Below are positions 13,564 through 26,669 of a stretch of 50,327 bases of DNA, one piece after another (position 1 is the first letter of the stretch; each line of letters starts with the position of its first letter). The notes below the pieces were generated by a model. It was not told where the DNA came from and ran no database searches. It worked only from the letters and a program-made list of their open reading frames with translations. The position numbers and the translations under genes are program-made. Source of the DNA: Dictyostelium purpureum (lineage: Eukaryota); assembly GCF_000190715.1 (NCBI RefSeq), contig NW_003519574.1, forward strand, positions 1 through 50,327, written 5' to 3'.

Positions 13564-14488
13564 ATGATAACTCAAAATAATAATGAAAATATAACTAGCA
13601 ACAATAACTTTAATATTTTTATAACTTTACAATCATTAATATCATCAAATGATTTAATTAATACAGCATGGGAAAAAGATTATATTAATATAAATACACA
13701 AATAAATGAAATTAATAATCAAATTATAAACAATAGTGATAATAACAATAAAAACAATACCTGTAACATTAATAGCAATAATAACAATAACAATAATAAT
13801 ATAGATAATTACTTTGCTTATGAAAATTCAATAGAATTTATAATATCTTTTATATTACAAAAACTTATAATTTTTGGTGATACCGTAGAATTTACTGCTG
13901 TTGGTGTATTTTATAATCCTCAAGGTATGAAACCATCCATTTCAATCAGTGACTATGTAAAGAGATTAGTTCAGTATTTAGGGTGCAGCAAATCATGCTT
14001 CATAATTGCATTAATTTATTTAGACCGTATTGTAAAAGAAAAACAAGTTCACATCAATTCGTACAACATTCATAGACTTTATTTCTCAAGTATACTTGTA
14101 TCAATTAAATTTTATGATGATTATTTTTATCCATTAGAAATCTATTCAAGAGTTGGTGGTGTCTCAATTCAAGAAACAAATAAAATGGAAAGAGGTTTAT
14201 TGGAACTATTAAATTTTAATGTTAATATTTCTTTAGGTGAATACAACGAATATCTCTACTATTTAGATAAGAAGGGCTATATAAAGCAGGAAATTGATAA
14301 TCAACAATCCGATGTAGAAGATGAAGACGAGGATTATGATGAAGAAAATGAAGATGATACCGAAGAAGAAGGGTATCTAAGTGAAAACTATAATGAAAAT
14401 CATTATGAAGTCAATGATTTTATTCACAATAATGGCTTTAACTCTATGTCACCTTCATTATCTCTAGATTCCTCCTCACCCCAACTAT

Positions 14489-14543
<55 letters not shown>

Positions 14544-14988
14544 CCAAATCAATCGTAGTAATAGTAGCGGAATTCACCATATTGAAAAACCACATAAAAA
14601 GTCAAATGCAATTCATAACTCTGATTCCCTGTTAATAGTAAATAAAAACCATCAAAATAGCAATGATCAAACATCATCCTCCTGTAATATTAGTAGCCAT
14701 AACCATAACAAACCATCAAATAAAAGTAGTAACAGCCTATCAAGTTCTAAAGCAATCACCATTGAAACCAAATTTAAAAATAGTTATATTTCATTAAGTC
14801 AATCATTAGATAGTAAGGATATATTTTTCAAATCAAAGAAATTTCCAACACAACTATCAATTTCACCAAATCTAAAATCAAAATTTCAGGGATCACGTAT
14901 TAATAACGGTAGACCGCTAAGTGATCACTTATCATCATCAATTATTATAAAGCAACATCAACAACAACAAGAAACTGATAATAAATAA
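13564..14988 (+). CDS. PHO80-like (PHO85/CDK5-interacting, cyclin U/P-type) cyclin with long N/Q/S-rich low-complexity tails
   Basis: The single ORF contains a cyclin-fold core: DYVKRLVQYLGCSKSCFIIALIYLDRIVKEKQVHINSYNIHRLYFSSILVSIKFYDDYFYPLEIYSRVGGVSIQETNKMERGLLELLNFNVNIS. This is the PHO80-family signature. It is followed by an acidic block (DEDEDYDEENEDD) and poly-N. Confidence 0.75.
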
Positions 14989-16373
14989 ATTTTAATATTA
15001 TTAATATATTATTTTAAATATTAAAATATTTTTTTAAGGTCAAAACACAACTTTTTAAGCCCCATTTAATTTTTAAATAGTATCTTTTTAAAAAATTCTA
15101 TTTTTGTCAGAACATCAAATATGTATTTTATATTATTGATCGATCTATAAAAAAAAAAAGTTTTATTTTTAAATTAAACTATGAATTTAAAAACAAAATA
15201 AAACTAAAACCCAACCAATTTTTTTTTTTATGCGAGATACTAATTTAAAATTTAGACTTTTCTTTTAAAAATATTAATAGATGCTTTTTTTCTTTTTGTT
15301 TGTTTGTTCTTTGCAAAATATTTTTAAAAATTAAATATCTTTTAAAAAAAAAATAATCGTTGAATTAGAAATTATGTGAAAGTATTGAAAAAAAAAATTT
15401 GCAAATTTTTTTTGCGATTTTTTTAAAAAAGTCGTGGTATTAAAAAATATTAATAATCATAAAAATAACTATGGTATTAATAATATTTATTATGTGTAAA
15501 TATTTTTTATTTTAATTTATTAATTCAAAATAATTTTTATTTTTTATATAGTTTTAATTTTTCAAATTTTAATAGTTTTATATTTTTTTTATTTTTTTTA
15601 TTTTTTTTATTTTTTTTATTTTTTTTTTTTTTATTCATATACATTGCACCTGAACATTCTCTTAAAAAAAAAATAATAAATGAATAAATGAATAAATAAA
15701 TAAATTTAAAAAAAAAATTGGTTAAAAGAATTATTTTTGTTCAAGAAATAATTATGAGTTTATGAAAAGAAAACTCTCAATTCAATCGTGTTCCTTTGGT
15801 TTTTATTGATAATACACAAAAAAAATATTTTTATAATAATAAATTTTTTAATCAAAATCATTTATTTTTAATTTTTTTAAATTTTTTATTTTCATATGTT
15901 CCAGAAAATAGGAACTAAAACTTTTTTTTGAAATAATTTTTTTTTTTTTTCTTTGATATTTTTTATAAATAGAAGCAAAAAAAAAAACTTTAAAATAATT
16001 TTTTTTTTTTTTAAAAGTTTTTTTTTTATTTTTTTCATTATTTATTAATTTATTTTTTATTTTTTTTTATTTATATCCCAAAGAAAAAAAAAATCAAAAC
16101 TTTTTTTTTTTTTATAAGCTTGTCAAAATATAAAAATAAAAATATAAAAATAAAATATAAAATCAAACACACACAGGCCACCACACTTATCTCACAAATT
16201 TGTATATACGTTTTTAATATTTTTTTTTTTTTTTCATTTTTTTTTATTAAATTATTTATATTCCAAAGATTATTTAATATTATTTACTATACACATTAAT
16301 TTTTATAATAACTAAAATAAAAAAATTTCATATTGTATATATATTTCACAACATTAGCACTAATAATATCATA

Positions 16374-16404
<31 letters not shown>

Positions 16405-16407
16405 AAA

Positions 16408-18328
16408 ATGGAAAAAGAAATCTTAAATTTCCTAAATGAAGGTATCCAATCGAAGGATAATATTTTTATTTTATCAAATGTAAATAAAACCAGTAAATTA
16501 GAAGAGATGGTTTCAGGCCAACTCTTAAGAAAATGTTCAAAATGGTCAGTTTCGGATTTTAAAAAAGGAGTAGAACAATTTATTTCAGAGAAATCATTAA
16601 ATGCAAATCAAATTATTAGTACAGTCAATTCTGTTACTATTTTTATGATTTCAAAGAAATTACAAATTAATGGTAATATTAATATATAGATTTATATATA
16701 TAAATTTATATATCATTATATCTTTTTAGCTATTAATTATTAATACAAATTATTTTTTTATATAGAAATGGAGGAATGGACTAAAAATAAAAATTATGTA
16801 TTAAGAGCATTTTCAACATGTTTCTTTATTAAATACTATTTCGAAAGTGAACAAAAATTCACAGACCTTTATGAAACTTTGGTCACATTAGAAACTTTTG
16901 ACCTTGTTAAATTTTATTCAATCCAAACCATTTCATCATTAGATATTATTGGTAATTATAAAAATGAAATCTTCGAAATTTTAGTTAATGTTTGTATCAT
17001 TGTATTTTATTATAGATTACGTATAGACCCTATATTAATAAGTTTATTTTATTTTATATTTTATATTTTTATAATTTTTTATAGTATTTAGATTTATATA
17101 AGGATCTCGATAACGGTGATGGAGAAATTGCAATTAAAACAATTAAAGTATTTTTATCAAGAGTTGGTTTAATTATTGGTCAAGATGAAAAAGGATTTAT
17201 TGATCAAGCACATGATAAAACACCATTTGACCTTTTAATGAAGGTATCATCAGTAGATATGATTTCAAAGACCACCCAAAACATGGCTTGTATCATTTCT
17301 TTATCTTTAAGTATTTTCAATGGTAACCAATCATTATGCGACGAAAGAAAACAATTATTATCAAATCATTTAGTCAAGAATCTCACATACTATTTACCAG
17401 TACTTTGCCAAAGAGGTTTAACAGAAAAAGGTTGTTACTTTATGTCAATTTGCCGTTTCTTAACTGAAGCTGACCAAACCGAATATTATAAACAAAATAT
17501 TGAAGTCATAAGGTAAGTTATAGTTTAGTTTATTTCATTTAAATAAACCTTTGATATTTATTAATAATCAATTATAAAATATTTAGAAAAATGGCAAAAG
17601 AATCATACGATAGAAATAAATTTGACTTTTTATTCCGTGAAAATAAAGTTTTAAGTTTATATCTTCAAGATTTTAGTGATGATGTCATCGAGTTTTTAAA
17701 TCATTATATTCAATCGTGCGATAAAGAAGAGGTTTCAACCGATTTCCTCAAATTATTCCACTCTGTTTTAAGAAATGGCTCATCAAATGAATGGGTCAAT
17801 AAGTATTACCCAGTTTTATTAGAATACATAAATTTATTCGAACCAAACGAAGATTTCTTTACACTCGATGAAACTCCAGAGCTCTTTTATATCTACACCT
17901 CTATTGATAAAGAAGAACGTTCAAGAGTTACCAGACTATTGGATATACACGAAACAGCTATTTCAAATGAAATCCTTGTTTGTTTAGACAGTGGCGACCT
18001 CGACGATATCTTAGAACCAATGGAATACTATTTACAATTAATGCAAGAATGCCCAGAAGAATGTAAAACAATCTACATGAACACTATTATGAACCATCTC
18101 TCATCTTACTATGTTATCCTTTTCGAAGATTTTGAAGGTGGCGAAGGCGGTTTCTACAACGAATATAAAGATGAAGATAAAGAAACTATCGATAAATTAT
18201 TTGACAATTTCCTCAAATTAAAATCCCAAACATGCACAACAAAAGAATCCAAGCGCCAATTCTTTAAAGACTTTGTAACCCAAGAGTCTAAATACTGCCC
18301 TTTATTTAAATTGTACTTTGAACTTTAA
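16408..18328 (+). CDS. Hypothetical alpha-helical protein (4 exons: 16408..~16669, ~16765..16958, ~17092..17513, ~17588..18328), ~540 aa
   Basis: Four ORF-track pieces sit in a consistent frame across GTAA(T/G)T..AG introns (exon 3 begins LYKDLDNGDGEIAIKTIK... and continues into ORF 17238..17516). Codon usage is Dictyostelium-like. No diagnostic motif recognised. Confidence 0.5.
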
Positions 18329-18548
18329 TTTATTTATAAATAAAATAAAATAAAAAAAAAAAAAAAAATTAGTTTTTAGAAAACTTGTTTTGTTAATAAT
18401 AATAAGGTTGCATTGTAATAAAATTAAATAAATAAAATAAAATTGTAGTTTTAGTTTTTATAAAGAAAATATTTTATTTCTTTTTTATAAATAAATCATG
18501 ATTTTTGTTTAAATGTACAATTTGTTAATATAAATAGATTGATTTGGT

Positions 18549-21500
18549 TTAAGCTTTTTCGGCCCCTTCTTTTCCATTTGGCATGTATAATTCACCTTTA
18601 TCTTTTCTTGATAGTGATTTTAAAGAAAATTTATATTTGTCTTTAGCCATTAAAATAGTCATACGATGTTTTCTATATAAATAAGATACAATAATAATAA
18701 GAGCAGCAACTGTAACACATGGAACTACGATGGCAACAGGTAGTACCCAGGCAGCACGGGTCTTTTTACAATCTGAGAAATTTGGAGAAACTAATACAGA
18801 GAAATCTAAAATCGTGTAAAGAAAAAATATTAGAATTTGAGATAGAGTTTCAGTTTATTTTTTTAAATGTTTTGCTTACCTGGATCTATTAAACATTCTT
18901 CTACACAATGAGGAAGTTCAATACCAACAATTAATGTATCACTTGAAGTTGAAACAGCCTTTGTTTTCATAAATGTTGGTCTTCCATCACTTATGGCTCT
19001 ATTAACAAATCTTCCAGTTAAGACCTTTTGGTTTTTAGTGATACTAACATAGTTTAATAATTGATTTTTATCCAATTCATCTGTTGAAAAATTTGTATCT
19101 CCAGAGTTACAATCGTTACCATTTTGATTAACACTAACTTTTGATCTAAATTGAAGTTGAATGGTATTGAAAACACTCTCGTATTGATAGTTTTTAATGG
19201 ACACAGAAATTTTAATTGAGCCCTCTTTAAGTTCTAGTGAAAGGCCTGCAAATTCATAATCTCTATCTTGTTTAACTTCTTCGATGGTATATGTAATAGT
19301 TGATACATTGTTTTCGCCAATATATTGGTAATAAACGTATTTGGTTTCTGTGGTTAGGTTGTTTATAGGGATCCATTTTGAATTTGTTAAATTATATGAT
19401 TTTGTTAAGCTGCCATAAAGATCATATTCTTCGAGATTTGAAATTAATATTTCATATGCTAGTTTATCATCGTTGATAATTGCAGAGCCATCATTAATAG
19501 TGGTATTAGTATTGGTTTGTTTGTTTTTACAATCAAAACCAGACCAACCTTCGTTACATGTGCATAAGCCTGTAGCTGTGTTACATTTACCATTTGATCC
19601 ACAGTCATTTGAGCATTTCATACTTCCAGAATAGTGGAATTTATCTGTACCAGTCCATACAATACCATTTTGTGTAATTGAAATGTCATGGGTTCCTTCG
19701 CCTGGGGGAGCTGTGCATACAATGGTTTTGTTATTAACTTCTTTTATTGGGGCTTTAATTCCTTTAATTAATATCATAAGGGTATCATGGATTTCGCCGA
19801 ACCAACCGATGATGGTTACATCTCCACCTTGTATTGGTGGTGAGGATATAGAGGTTGCATAAATTGAGGCAAAGCCACAATTAGGAGTATCATATAGCGG
19901 TATACAGGCACAAATACCTGTAACATTGTTGCAACTACCTTGACCTAAAGAAATACTGCAATTTGAAGTGCATTCTTTGTAGGTTATACTACAATCACCC
20001 GATTGCCAATTTGAAGTACAGTGACATTGACCTATATCTGTGTAGCATAAGCCACCATTTAGACATGTTTTTTGGCAATAGGTAACATCTTGACTTAAAG
20101 CACTACTAGAGTCAAATGTAATTTGAGAAGAAAGATCCAGAACTTTAATAACTACAGGAACATTGGCGCCGGTTGGGAAAACTTCAGCGGAAGAGCACTC
20201 TATTGAATCAAATTTAGCCAATGAGACCACACAGTCAATATCAGAACCAACAGTAACTTTTATTTCACTTGGGTTATATGAAAAGAATTCACCATTAATT
20301 GTTAAACCTTTATTATTACTATTTTTTGTTATAGTTTTGGCAAATGGATTGGTTGGTTTAGTTGCAACTTTATAGATATCATTATCAAATGAAAAAGAAA
20401 AATAGCTTGGAATAGAGTCTTGGTTCCATTGAGCTGTAAAAACTGAAGAGTATTTAACTACCTTAAAGTCTATTGATCCTGTAGTACCTGATAAAATGTA
20501 TGTTGCTGTTGGATTTTTAAAACCTAAATTTTGACCTGATAAAGTTAATAATTTATTTGAATCATAACTAAGCTTTGGATAAATTAAACCTTAAAATTAA
20601 AAAAATAAAATTTATTAATAAAAATAAAAATTGTGAATAAATAAAAAATTTTAAATACATACCACATCCAGTGGCTTTAGAGCCATCTAAAGTTTGAGTA
20701 ATATCAGAAATGCCACTAAATGTGTCCATCAAATTACTATATAGTGATCTTTGGTAACACAAGAAACAGTCTGGTAATGGAGCTTTTAATTCTAAGTTTT
20801 CACCCAATTTTAATGATAGAGCATTTAATTGGCAGAATGATTGGGGAACAGTGCCTTCAAGGATATTATTATTTAATATTAAATCGGTTAACTGTGTTGA
20901 GCTAATATCTGGTAAAGTACCAGATATTTGATTATTATTTAAGTCCCTAAATTAATTTAATTTTTAATGATTGTTAATAAATAATATAAATAATAATAGT
21001 ATAATTTATTAATAGTTACAAATATGTTAATCTCAAAGATGCATCCATGGGTGGTAAACTAACAATTTTAACTTTTGGGAGTACTCTGACAAAAAAAAAG
21101 TAAAGTTAATTAATGAATTATAGTATAATTTTAAAATTGACCATAAATAATTACAATTTTTTCAAAGAGGGTGGAATAATGCTGAATGGGATGGATCCTT
21201 GAAAGCTAAATGTTTCACTCGCATCAAAAATTGAGAGTGATGTAAGTTTGAGATTTTCTGTAAGTTCAATTAATGAAGTTGGTGCTTTTAATTGTGCCCA
21301 AATATTACTATATATAAATATTAAAAAAAAAAAAATTAGTTTTTTCAAATAACAAAATCATCAATTACAACTTACATCTCTGTGGTGCTAGTTAGTTTGG
21401 TTAGTTCGATTGGATATGTAAGGCCAGTATTAATATCAAATGAAAGTGACCTAATTTTAATAAAAAAATAAAAATAAGTAAGTTGTTTCTCACATAGTTT

Positions 21501-22621
21501 AGAGTTTATATACTACAAACATTTTATTAACATTATTAAATGTTGATATGTTAGAGAGAGATGGTAAATCAAATCCATTAATATAATCTAAAGATCTAAA
21601 AATTTAAAATTAGTATTTTTTTTTTTTTTTTTTTTTTAATTTTTTTTTTTTTTTCATACAATGAATTAATGGTTACAAAATTAAACGAAGGTGTTTCTCC
21701 AATTGATGATGAGCTAAATAAAAGGAGTTATGTGGTTAGTATAATAAAAATTTAGGTTTTTTTTTTTTTATATTATAATTACAATGAGTCTAAAGAAATT
21801 GGACTTGTAAGATCATTGTTATATTTTACATGTTTAGTGATTGTGGGTGTATCTGAAAAAGAAAAAGAACTATAAGAAAGGATTAGTATCAATTTAAAAC
21901 TTTATATTAAGAAAATAAAACTTACAATGTTTTAATATTTTTTAAAGATGATAATGGGAGTTTTGAAATAGAGTAATCTGGGGAATCAGTATTAACAACG
22001 ATAGAGAATTTATTTGTTGGGGATGGAATAGCTGGAAGTTTATCAAAATTTCTTAATCTGCAGTTTTCAACATTTCTGTAATAAAAATGATAAATATTAG
22101 TTTCATTTTATATGGTAAATTTCTTTTATTGGTTATACATACATAATTGGAGAGTAGCCAGTATCAGTAAGGTCATTTCCGAAAAGTGTGTAGTTGGCCA
22201 ATAAACTAGTAAAAGAAATTGATGTCAAATGTTTAAAATTCTTAAAATAGCTATAATCTAAATTAATTGTAGAGACAGTTTCTTGTCCCCTTACTGTCAT
22301 TGTGGATGCATAGTATTCCCCTCCGATAGATATACATTCGAAATCTGAAGAGGAACAAAAATCCCAAAAAGTATTAACTCCTACAGTTAGCGTTTGGAAT
22401 CTGGTTGAAAATTCTGATTCAACTAAAACAACCTTTAACAATTTTTCTACACGATTGTCTAAAATTAAGAATAAAAATGGTTAGTATTTTAAAAATTAAA
22501 ATTTTTTTTTTCTTTTTTATAAAACTATTTACATTCATCTATTTGTAATATTGATTGAGAGTTTGAAATATATACAAAATTTGATATTACAAGTAATATA
22601 AAAAAATGAAGAATTTTCATT
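18549..22621 (-). CDS. Paralog C of the LRR / IPT-TIG / EGF-like single-pass membrane protein family (many exons)
   Basis: The minus-strand ATG at ~22621 gives a signal peptide (MKILHFFILLVISNFVYISNSQS) and a Cys N-domain exon (22133..22441). A series of ~70-100 nt LRR exons lies between ~21300 and 22100. The large exon 18863..20230 carries IPT/TIG, EGF repeats and the membrane-proximal domain. A 62-nt intron (18801..18862) joins the final exon encoding DFSVLVSPNFSDCKKTRAAWVLPVAIVVPCVTVAALIIIVSYLY-RKHR..ELYMPNGKEGAEKA*, with the stop at 18549. Confidence 0.65.
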
Positions 22622-23052
22622 TTTTTATTGTTGTTAAATATTAATATTCAATTTATAACATATAAAATAAATAATACAAAGATAAAAAATTAAAAAATAA
22701 AAAATAAAATTATAAAAAAAAAAAAAGATATTTTAAAAAAAAATTTTTTTTTTTTTTTTTTTTGAAACACTTCCACAAATTTCATTTTTTTTTCTTTTAT
22801 TTCAAATAATAATTTTGTTATCCATATCAAATTATTTGAATTTAATAAATTAAGATTGGATACTTTTTGATTGGATTTATTTTTTTTTTTAAATTTTAGA
22901 GGTAAATAATTTTAATTTCCAAACATATTTATAAAAAGAATTTACTTTATTTTTTTTTTTTTGATTATTTTTTTGTTGTGGTATTTTTGGGTTGAAAAAA
23001 AAAATCGGAAAAAGAAATAAAAGCAAAAAGTTATTATAGAAAATTTTTATTT

Positions 23053-26000
23053 TTAATACATATTTTCCAAAGTTACAACCCTTTTTTTTCTTTTTTCGAA
23101 AAATAAATTAATTTTATGTCTTTTATATACATATATTATACCAATAATATTGGCGACTACAATGACTGTACAGGGTAAAACGATTGCTACTGGTAAAATC
23201 CAACTGGTTTGTTCTTCATATTTTTTTGTGCCTAAAAATTTTATACGATCTTTACTATACCATTCTATACCATTTTGGGTAATATTTACATCTTGGAAAC
23301 CTGTTTCTGGACCAATAGTACAATTTATAAATGAATCATTGAATTTGTTGAGTGTGCAATTTTGATTTCCAATTGAAATTGTTAAATTTTCGTGAATAAA
23401 ACCAAACCAACCATCTATTATAATATCACCACCTAATACTGTTGGAGTTGAAAAACGAGAGGCATAATGATTTGGAATTGAGCAATCTTCAGTGGTATAA
23501 AATTCATTACAATCACAGGTACCAGTTTCATTTTTGCAAATACCATTGGAAGGACCACTACAATCACCTGGACATAAAAAGTATGGGATTGAACAATCTA
23601 CACCTTGATAATCATCACCACAATCACATTGACCAATTGATGATATGCAAATCTTTTGATTCATACATGGCTTTTCACAGGGAATTAAAGTTTGTTCGGT
23701 TTCTGATGTTGAGTTAATCGTAATTTGAGTTGAAAGGTCGTCTACTTTAACGATTACTACCATATTTTCATTATTATCTAAATCTTGGCTAATTTGACAT
23801 TCGATGGCATCAAATGATGAGCTTAAAATTTGACAATCGACTTTAGCTCCATCATTATTGGTAAAAGTAATTTGAACTACCGATGGTAAATAATATTCAA
23901 AGTATAAACCCATAAACAAAAATGTATTATCGGTTCTTAATACTGTTTCTACAGTTGGATTTTGTTTCGATGTTGCAACTTTATATTGTTCACTATCAAA
24001 ACCAATTGAGAAATATCCTGGTTTCCAGTCGCTTGTCCATTGTGTTTTAAATAGGGTTGAATATTTGACTGCATTAAATTGAATTGTCTTATCTGAGCCG
24101 TTTTGATCTATATATGCTGCTGTTGGATTGATAAAACCTAAATTATTTCCGGATAATGTGAACTCTTTGTTATTTGAATTATAATCTAATGTTGGTTGAA
24201 TTTTTCCTAAATTATAAAAAATTATTAATAACAATTACCAATAAATAAGAATTTGTAAAATATTATTTAATAAACCTACCACAAGCTGTTACATCAATGG
24301 AAGCAGAGTTTACCCAATTAATAATATTTGTTGCACCATCAAAGGCTGTTTTATAATAACTTCCCAATGTTCTCTTATAGCATCTAAAGCAATCTGGTAA
24401 GGGTGTTACTAAACCAGTATTACCTGATAGATCTAATGTCTGAATATTTAATTGACAAAATGATTCTGGGACTGATGTTAAACCATTATTAATTAATTTT
24501 AAATCTACAATATTTGTTGAGCTAATATCTGGTGAAATTGTAATTCCAATTGATGCTAATGATCTACATATATAAAATAAAATATTAATATTAATGGAGA
24601 TAAATTAATAAATTTGTTTTAAAAAATCAAAGAATAGCTACAAATAAGTTAGTGTTGATGGTAAGTTTTTAAATGGTATTTTTTTGTTAAAATTAAAAGT
24701 TGCTGAATTTGAATCAATTGATAACTTTTGTAATTTTGGGATACCAGCTAAATCAATTTCTTCAGTTGGTACATTAAAACTTCCTTTTATTGTTCTAAAT
24801 AGAAAAAAAGTAAATAGGTAAATATATAACTAATAGTTTTTTATAATTATAATAAACTTACAATTGTGTAGTTTTATCTAAATTAAAAGTTGGGAAATCG
24901 ATATTACCAAAAGCTACATCTAAATTACTGTTAAAAAAAATAATTAATAATAAATCCACTTTATAAAGAGTGTATATCTAAACAATATCTACATTAATTC
25001 TGATCCTCCTAATGTGTTTAAATTTGTAAGTGAGGCTGAATCAAAATTTCCAATTAAATTCATGTACCTATTTTATATTATTATAAGAAAATTAATATTT
25101 AATTAATTATTTCATCATTTAAAAGGAATTTATAACTTACAAATCTTTAATTGCATATGATTCAAACGATGGAACATTGGATGTTGAAATATAGCTAAAT
25201 ATTCATAATTAGTTTTTTTTTTTTTTTTTTTTTTTAATTTGTAAAACAATTTTTTAAAAACCTACAATGAATTCATATATTTTATATTTGATGGGACTAT
25301 ATTATTTTTATATTGTGGTGCTGTGTTTGAGTAAAGGTTTACATATTTACTAAGGTTTAAAAATAATTAATATTTTTTAAAATAAAATCTAAATAAAATT
25401 AAATTAAATTAACCATACAAATCCAATATGTTTTCAAGAATACTAAAATTGATAATAGAAGGTTGAGGATCTAAACTATTTAATGTTAAATTTGAAGTTG
25501 GTGAAGGAAGAGTTGCAATGTCGCTCATTCTACAATTAATTAAATTTCTAAATATAAAAATATAAATTAATAAATTGTAATTATATTATTATTTAAATTT
25601 AACATACAATGCTTTGGTAACACCGGTTTTAGTTGGATCAGATTTATCTCCAAAAGAATCTTTAGTAAACCTCATACCATAATTTGAACCATTTAATTCC
25701 AGGTATGAAAGTTTAAATGCTTTGAAACTACTGTAATCTAAATCGGCTGATTGTGATGCTGCTGTAATATATAATGTGTCAATAGTATCACCAATACATG
25801 TAACTTTTAAAAATGCTTTATTTTGAGAACAAATATCTGCTGGTTCATTTTGGTAAATACTTAAATAATCTGTTCCTGATAAAACTGAACCTAAAATATT
25901 TTTTAATGAAATGTCTATGTGATTAAATAAAAATAAAAAAATTAATTTATAAATTTTAAATTTTGATTAAAAAAAAATAAATAAATTAAATACACACATT

Positions 26001-26107
26001 GCGGGTCAGAGGCTGGCAAAAGTGCGCTTATATAAAACTCCTTATTATTACTAATTAAAATAATAATAAATAAAAAATAAAAAATATTATTGGTTTTTAA
26101 TTTCATA
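23053..26107 (-). CDS. Paralog D (short subtype, lacking the membrane-proximal domain) of the LRR / IPT-TIG / EGF-like membrane protein family
   Basis: The ATG at ~26107 (-) gives MKLKTNNIFYFLFIIILISNNKEFYISALLPASDPQCV, followed by a GT intron. Multiple short LRR exons lie between 24250 and 25900. The terminal exon 23053..24234 carries two IPT-like folds, EGF repeats (CEKPCMNQKICISSIGQCDCGDDYQGVDC; CPGDCSGPSNGICKNETGTCDCNEFYTTEDC), IPT/TIG, a TM helix (WILPVAIVLPCTVIVVANIIGIIYVY) and a basic tail. Confidence 0.65.
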
Positions 26108-26669
26108 ATTTATTTTTCTAAGATTTAAGATATATATTTCTATATACCTTAAATAAATATTATTGATTTGAAGAAAAAGAAAAAATATATTTTTCTATTA
26201 CACAATAAATAATAATGATTAAAAAAAAAATTTAAGCATCGTTTTTTTTTTTTTGAATTATAAAATAAAAAAAAAATTTAAAATTTATATTTTATTGATG
26301 ATTAAAAGAGATAGAAATAGATATTTTTTAATCAAAACATTATTAATTTCAAATAATATAAACTCTACCACCAACCATTATTTTTTTTTTTTTTCAGATA
26401 ATCAGTTTGCAAAAAATAAAAAAATTTTAAAAAAATTAAAAAAATTTTATTTATTTTTTTTAAAATTTCATAGAAAACCATTAACGGATTACCCTTATAT
26501 AAAAACTGGGTAAAGTGTTGAATTTTTTAAAACCACACGAGTTTCTTTTTTTTAATATTTAACTAAAAATAGAAAAGTTATTTATATATAACATAAATTA
26601 ATCTCAAACCAAAAAAAAAAAAAAAAATTGAAAAAAAAAAAAAATTTTTATTTATCGCTATTATTATTT

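Noticed and set aside
21151-21348. ORF with signal-peptide-like start (MKKLIFFFLIFIYSNIWAQ) suggesting a separate gene
   Set aside because: The Met and hydrophobic stretch fall in intron sequence ending ...tatatag. Only the part from ~21302 downstream is an LRR exon of paralog C, whose real start is the signal peptide at ~22621.
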